Assembly: GCA_963758825.1 (NCBI GenBank)
Contig: CAVWWV010000004.1
Coordinates: forward strand, 188,872 to 252,871
DNA: 64,000 nucleotides
Direction of reading: 5' to 3'
Origin: an uncultured Actinomycetota bacterium
Lineage (GTDB): Bacteria > Actinomycetota > Actinomycetes > Mycobacteriales > Mycobacteriaceae
The notes under the pieces: model-generated
The model's database searches: none
Told to the model about the DNA's origin: nothing
What the model saw: only the letters and a program-made list of their open reading frames with translations
Made by a program: the position numbers and the translations under genes
Part shown: one piece after another, positions 60,700-64,000 of the stretch
How positions within the stretch are numbered: position 1 is the stretch's first letter
Layout of the letters: each line of letters begins with the position of its first letter

Positions 60700-61853
60700 G
60701 TCAGCGGCTCGTTCGGATACGGCAAGGGGGTGGCGCCGTCGAGGTCGGCTTCCTTGGCCACGTGGCTGCGCAGCCCGGCGTCGCACACGATGTAGCCCCA
60801 ATTGATCAGGCGCTCTTGCTCTGCCCTGCTCATTGCGGACAGCCGGGTCGCCAAGTCCGCCAGCCGGGTCGTCTTGACATGGTCGGCGGGTAGCACCGAG
60901 ACCGGAAAATCAGCTATGTCACTTCGGATTCCGATGTACATCCCCGACTTGTCGACGCGGAAGGATTCGATGACCTGGCGCTTGCGCAGAGAGCGGACCT
61001 GATTGTCGACGAGACTGAGCACTCGCGCGGTCTGACGCAGCCAGTCCGAGCCCGGGTCCGGGTCTTCGTTGACGTGACCTCCTGCGTCGCTGACCAATAT
61101 CGTCTTGTACCGCTTCCACGCGGTTTCCAGGCCCATGTTGTCGTATACGCCGCCGTCGGTGAGTTTGATCTCGTCGCGAAAGCCCGGCTTGTCGCCGAGG
61201 TCGTTGCCGTCGTCGTCCGTCCACGTCTGGCCGCGGAGGTCCATTACGCACGGCGACAGGACGGGCGGAAACGCCGAGGAGGCCGCCACCGCGACGGCCA
61301 GTTCGATCGTCGGATCGAGGATCCGCCCGACGCGGTAGTCGCCCATATACGGCTTGCTGAACCTGAAGGCCACCCCGGATTCGAGGTTGGTGGCATTGAA
61401 CACGAAGCGCGGTTCATCGGGCAGGTCCTGCAACGTGGTGTCATCGAAAAGGTGCTCGCGATACGCGTTGGCCACCCGGTCGGAGATCGATCCGGGCAGC
61501 ACCGACCCCCAGAACACTGCGCCGAGGTCGATGGTGGTGCTCGCCATCTGACGCACGGATTGCACGACGACATCCTCGAAGTTGGTGGCGACACCGTTGG
61601 TGAAAGTCAGCTTTCCCCACCCACGGGCCAGCACTCCGGCGGTGATGGAGCCGCCGGACACCGAGGAGAAGCGTTTGACCTTCGACAGCAGCTTTGTTTC
61701 GTTGAGCCGCCACAGCACGCCGAGGTGGAACACCATCGCCCGGTATCCCCCACCCGAAAGACACAGCGCGACTCCGTCTTCGAGCCTTGTTTGCGCATCG
61801 GCCGGCGTCGGGTGGACTGGCGTTCGCAGATCGGGCGCTTGGCCGTCAGTCAT
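60696..61853 (-). CDS. Patatin/cPLA2-like phospholipase
   Basis: LCLSGGGYRA oxyanion loop, SSVSGGS nucleophile elbow, ASSAFP, LTDGGVYDNMG. Confidence 0.9.
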   Translation of the reverse strand: MTDGQAPDLRTPVHPTPADAQTRLEDGVALCLSGGGYRAMVFHLGVLWRLNETKLLSKVKRFSSVSGGSITAGVLARGWGKLTFTNGVATNFEDVVVQSVRQMASTTIDLGAVFWGSVLPGSISDRVANAYREHLFDDTTLQDLPDEPRFVFNATNLESGVAFRFSKPYMGDYRVGRILDPTIELAVAVAASSAFPPVLSPCVMDLRGQTWTDDDGNDLGDKPGFRDEIKLTDGGVYDNMGLETAWKRYKTILVSDAGGHVNEDPDPGSDWLRQTARVLSLVDNQVRSLRKRQVIESFRVDKSGMYIGIRSDIADFPVSVLPADHVKTTRLADLATRLSAMSRAEQERLINWGYIVCDAGLRSHVAKEADLDGATPLPYPNEPLT

Positions 61854-63229
61854 CAGCGGCCCACGCCATCCGACCAGACTCCGGGCCAGTTGCCGGTGAT
61901 GGGCTTCGGATATCCGGACTCGACTCGGTCGGCGGCGATGTCATATCGCACATATCGGTCACCCGAGAAAAAGTAGGCCGTTCCGTCGTTCCACACGACT
62001 GCTTCGTCGATGCCCGAGGCGAAGTCGTCCGGCATCCCGGGCCAGTTGCCTGCAATGGGAGCGGGGAATCCGGGGTCGGCCTTGTTGCGGGCGATGTCGT
62101 AGCGCAGGTATTGATCGCCGGAGAAGAAGTACGCCTTGCCGTTCGGCCAGACCACCACGGCGTCGATGTCGTCGGTGAACACGCCCGGCCACTTCGACGA
62201 GATCGTCTTGGGATAACCGGGGTCGACCCGCTCGGCGGGCAGATCGAAGCGGACGAATTGAGAACCCTTGAAGAAGTAGGCCTTTCCGTTGGTCCACACC
62301 ACCCCGGCATCCACCCCCTCGCTGAAGGAGGCCGGGAATCCGGTCCAATACCCGGCGATATCGGCGGGGAATCCGGGATCGCTCTTGTCCGACGCCACGT
62401 CATAGCTGACATACGTCTTGCCCTTGAAGAGATAGACCTTGCCGTTGGGCCAAACGGCAGACGGCGAGACCGGTCCCGGATAAAGCTTCGCGGCGAACGC
62501 GGCGTCCAGATTGTCGATGTCCTTGCCGCCGGGCACCGCGATGCCGTCCTTCATGATGCTGCCCGGAAGGTCGTAGCACATGATCGAGTTCACGTCGGTG
62601 GCCGCGGTCGCCTTCAGCGCGGAGACCGCGAACGGCGTCAACACCTGAGCGATGACTTCCTCGCGAGACCAGCCCTGCGTTCGCATGAACAGCGCTATCG
62701 CCTTCTCGCGATCGATCCGGTCGATGATCTCCTTGCGCATGTGCTCGTGCGGGAATCCGAGAGTGTGGCCGGTTTCGTGCCTGACGACACGGTGAAATTC
62801 CGAGTCGGCCGTATTCATGGTGAAGCTGTCGAGGTTCATCGTCGGCTCATCGTCCGGGATGGACAGCACATCGGTGCCCAGATACGACCAATAGCCGTCG
62901 TCGCGGGTGCGCGCGATCCGAACCTGCGGATCGGTGTTGGTCTCGGCGAACTGGACGTTCGCCCACGAGCCCCAGGCGTTCATGTGCGAGATGATGCGGC
63001 GCCGCAACTCGGCCGACGCGTTGTCGAGAAAGCCGACAGTGAGCCGAACGCCTGCCGGACCCCAGTATTTCTGCGTCATCACCGCAAGGCTTTCCGGTGT
63101 CGGCGTGAACCCGTGAGGTAGCGATGAGGTGTTGGGCGCATTGGCCGGATTCAGCTCGACGGCCTTCGACGCCGACTCGACGACTTTGTCAGGCGGTACC
63201 TGCTTGATGGTGCAACCGATGTGTGCCAT
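61853..63229 (-). CDS. Metzincin (astacin/matrixin-like) protease fused to four hemopexin repeats
   Basis: HETGHTLGFPHEH, Met-turn SIMCY, four DA..W.NGKAYFF.G..Y.RYD.....DPGYP..I...WPG repeats; GAGGA RBS. Confidence 0.9.
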   Translation of the reverse strand: MAHIGCTIKQVPPDKVVESASKAVELNPANAPNTSSLPHGFTPTPESLAVMTQKYWGPAGVRLTVGFLDNASAELRRRIISHMNAWGSWANVQFAETNTDPQVRIARTRDDGYWSYLGTDVLSIPDDEPTMNLDSFTMNTADSEFHRVVRHETGHTLGFPHEHMRKEIIDRIDREKAIALFMRTQGWSREEVIAQVLTPFAVSALKATAATDVNSIMCYDLPGSIMKDGIAVPGGKDIDNLDAAFAAKLYPGPVSPSAVWPNGKVYLFKGKTYVSYDVASDKSDPGFPADIAGYWTGFPASFSEGVDAGVVWTNGKAYFFKGSQFVRFDLPAERVDPGYPKTISSKWPGVFTDDIDAVVVWPNGKAYFFSGDQYLRYDIARNKADPGFPAPIAGNWPGMPDDFASGIDEAVVWNDGTAYFFSGDRYVRYDIAADRVESGYPKPITGNWPGVWSDGVGR

Positions 63230-63264
63230 TGCCGTTCCTCACATCCGCATGGGTCGATGAATCG

Positions 63265-63292
63265 ACGCTATGCCAGTGAGGACGGCAGGCAA
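63265..63292 (-). promoter_or_regulatory. Putative SigA-type promoter for the four-gene cassette
   Basis: TTGCCT-N16-TAGCGT, overlapped on its downstream side by the palindrome GTCGAT-ga-ATCGAC (63253-63266). Confidence 0.4.
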
Positions 63293-63329
63293 CGAGTGTT
63301 GGACTACGCAATCCTGCGAAGGTGACTAC

Positions 63330-64000
<671 letters not shown>

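Noticed and set aside
61860-62470. Periodic DNA repeats as a CRISPR or tandem array
   Set aside because: They are degenerate in-frame coding repeats (hemopexin blades); no identical repeats with spacers and no cas genes.
57539-63229. CBASS, competence locus, beta-lactamase or prophage/IS interpretation of the cassette
   Set aside because: No CD-NTase, no ComEC membrane domain, no signal peptide on the MBL protein, and no integrase, transposase or phage structural gene.

Overview
High-GC actinobacterial chromosome segment, almost certainly a rapid-growing Mycobacterium/Mycolicibacterium, collinear (mostly on the minus strand) with the M. tuberculosis fabG1-nadC interval. In window order it carries nadC-nadB-nadA/nrtR, bioB/bioQ/bioD/bioF/bioA, a sucT-like acyltransferase, treX(glgX)-treY-treZ, ilvA, fadD11, dnaE1, rluD-lspA, ansA, dinB1, ileS with its T-box, ndh, meaB-mutB-mutA, hemZ-inhA and fabG1. 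The main anomaly is a ~5.7 kb cassette of four translationally coupled genes (57539-63229, minus strand) inserted between fabG1 and inhA. It encodes (1) a metzincin protease fused to a four-bladed hemopexin propeller (an MMP-like architecture), (2) a patatin/cPLA2-like phospholipase, (3) an M4-like gluzincin protease and (4) a ComEC-type metallo-beta-lactamase-fold hydrolase. None has an evident signal peptide, so I infer a candidate protease-gated conflict/defence or signalling system; this function is not demonstrated. Recognisable regulatory DNA/RNA: an NrtR palindrome, two BioQ operators within a 44-bp duplicated leader containing a covarying hairpin, an ECF42-type promoter and the ileS T-box. 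More than a dozen single-base frameshifts, including one in essential dnaE1, indicate an indel-prone assembly rather than true pseudogenes. All calls are from motif reading and recalled gene order; no database search was run.
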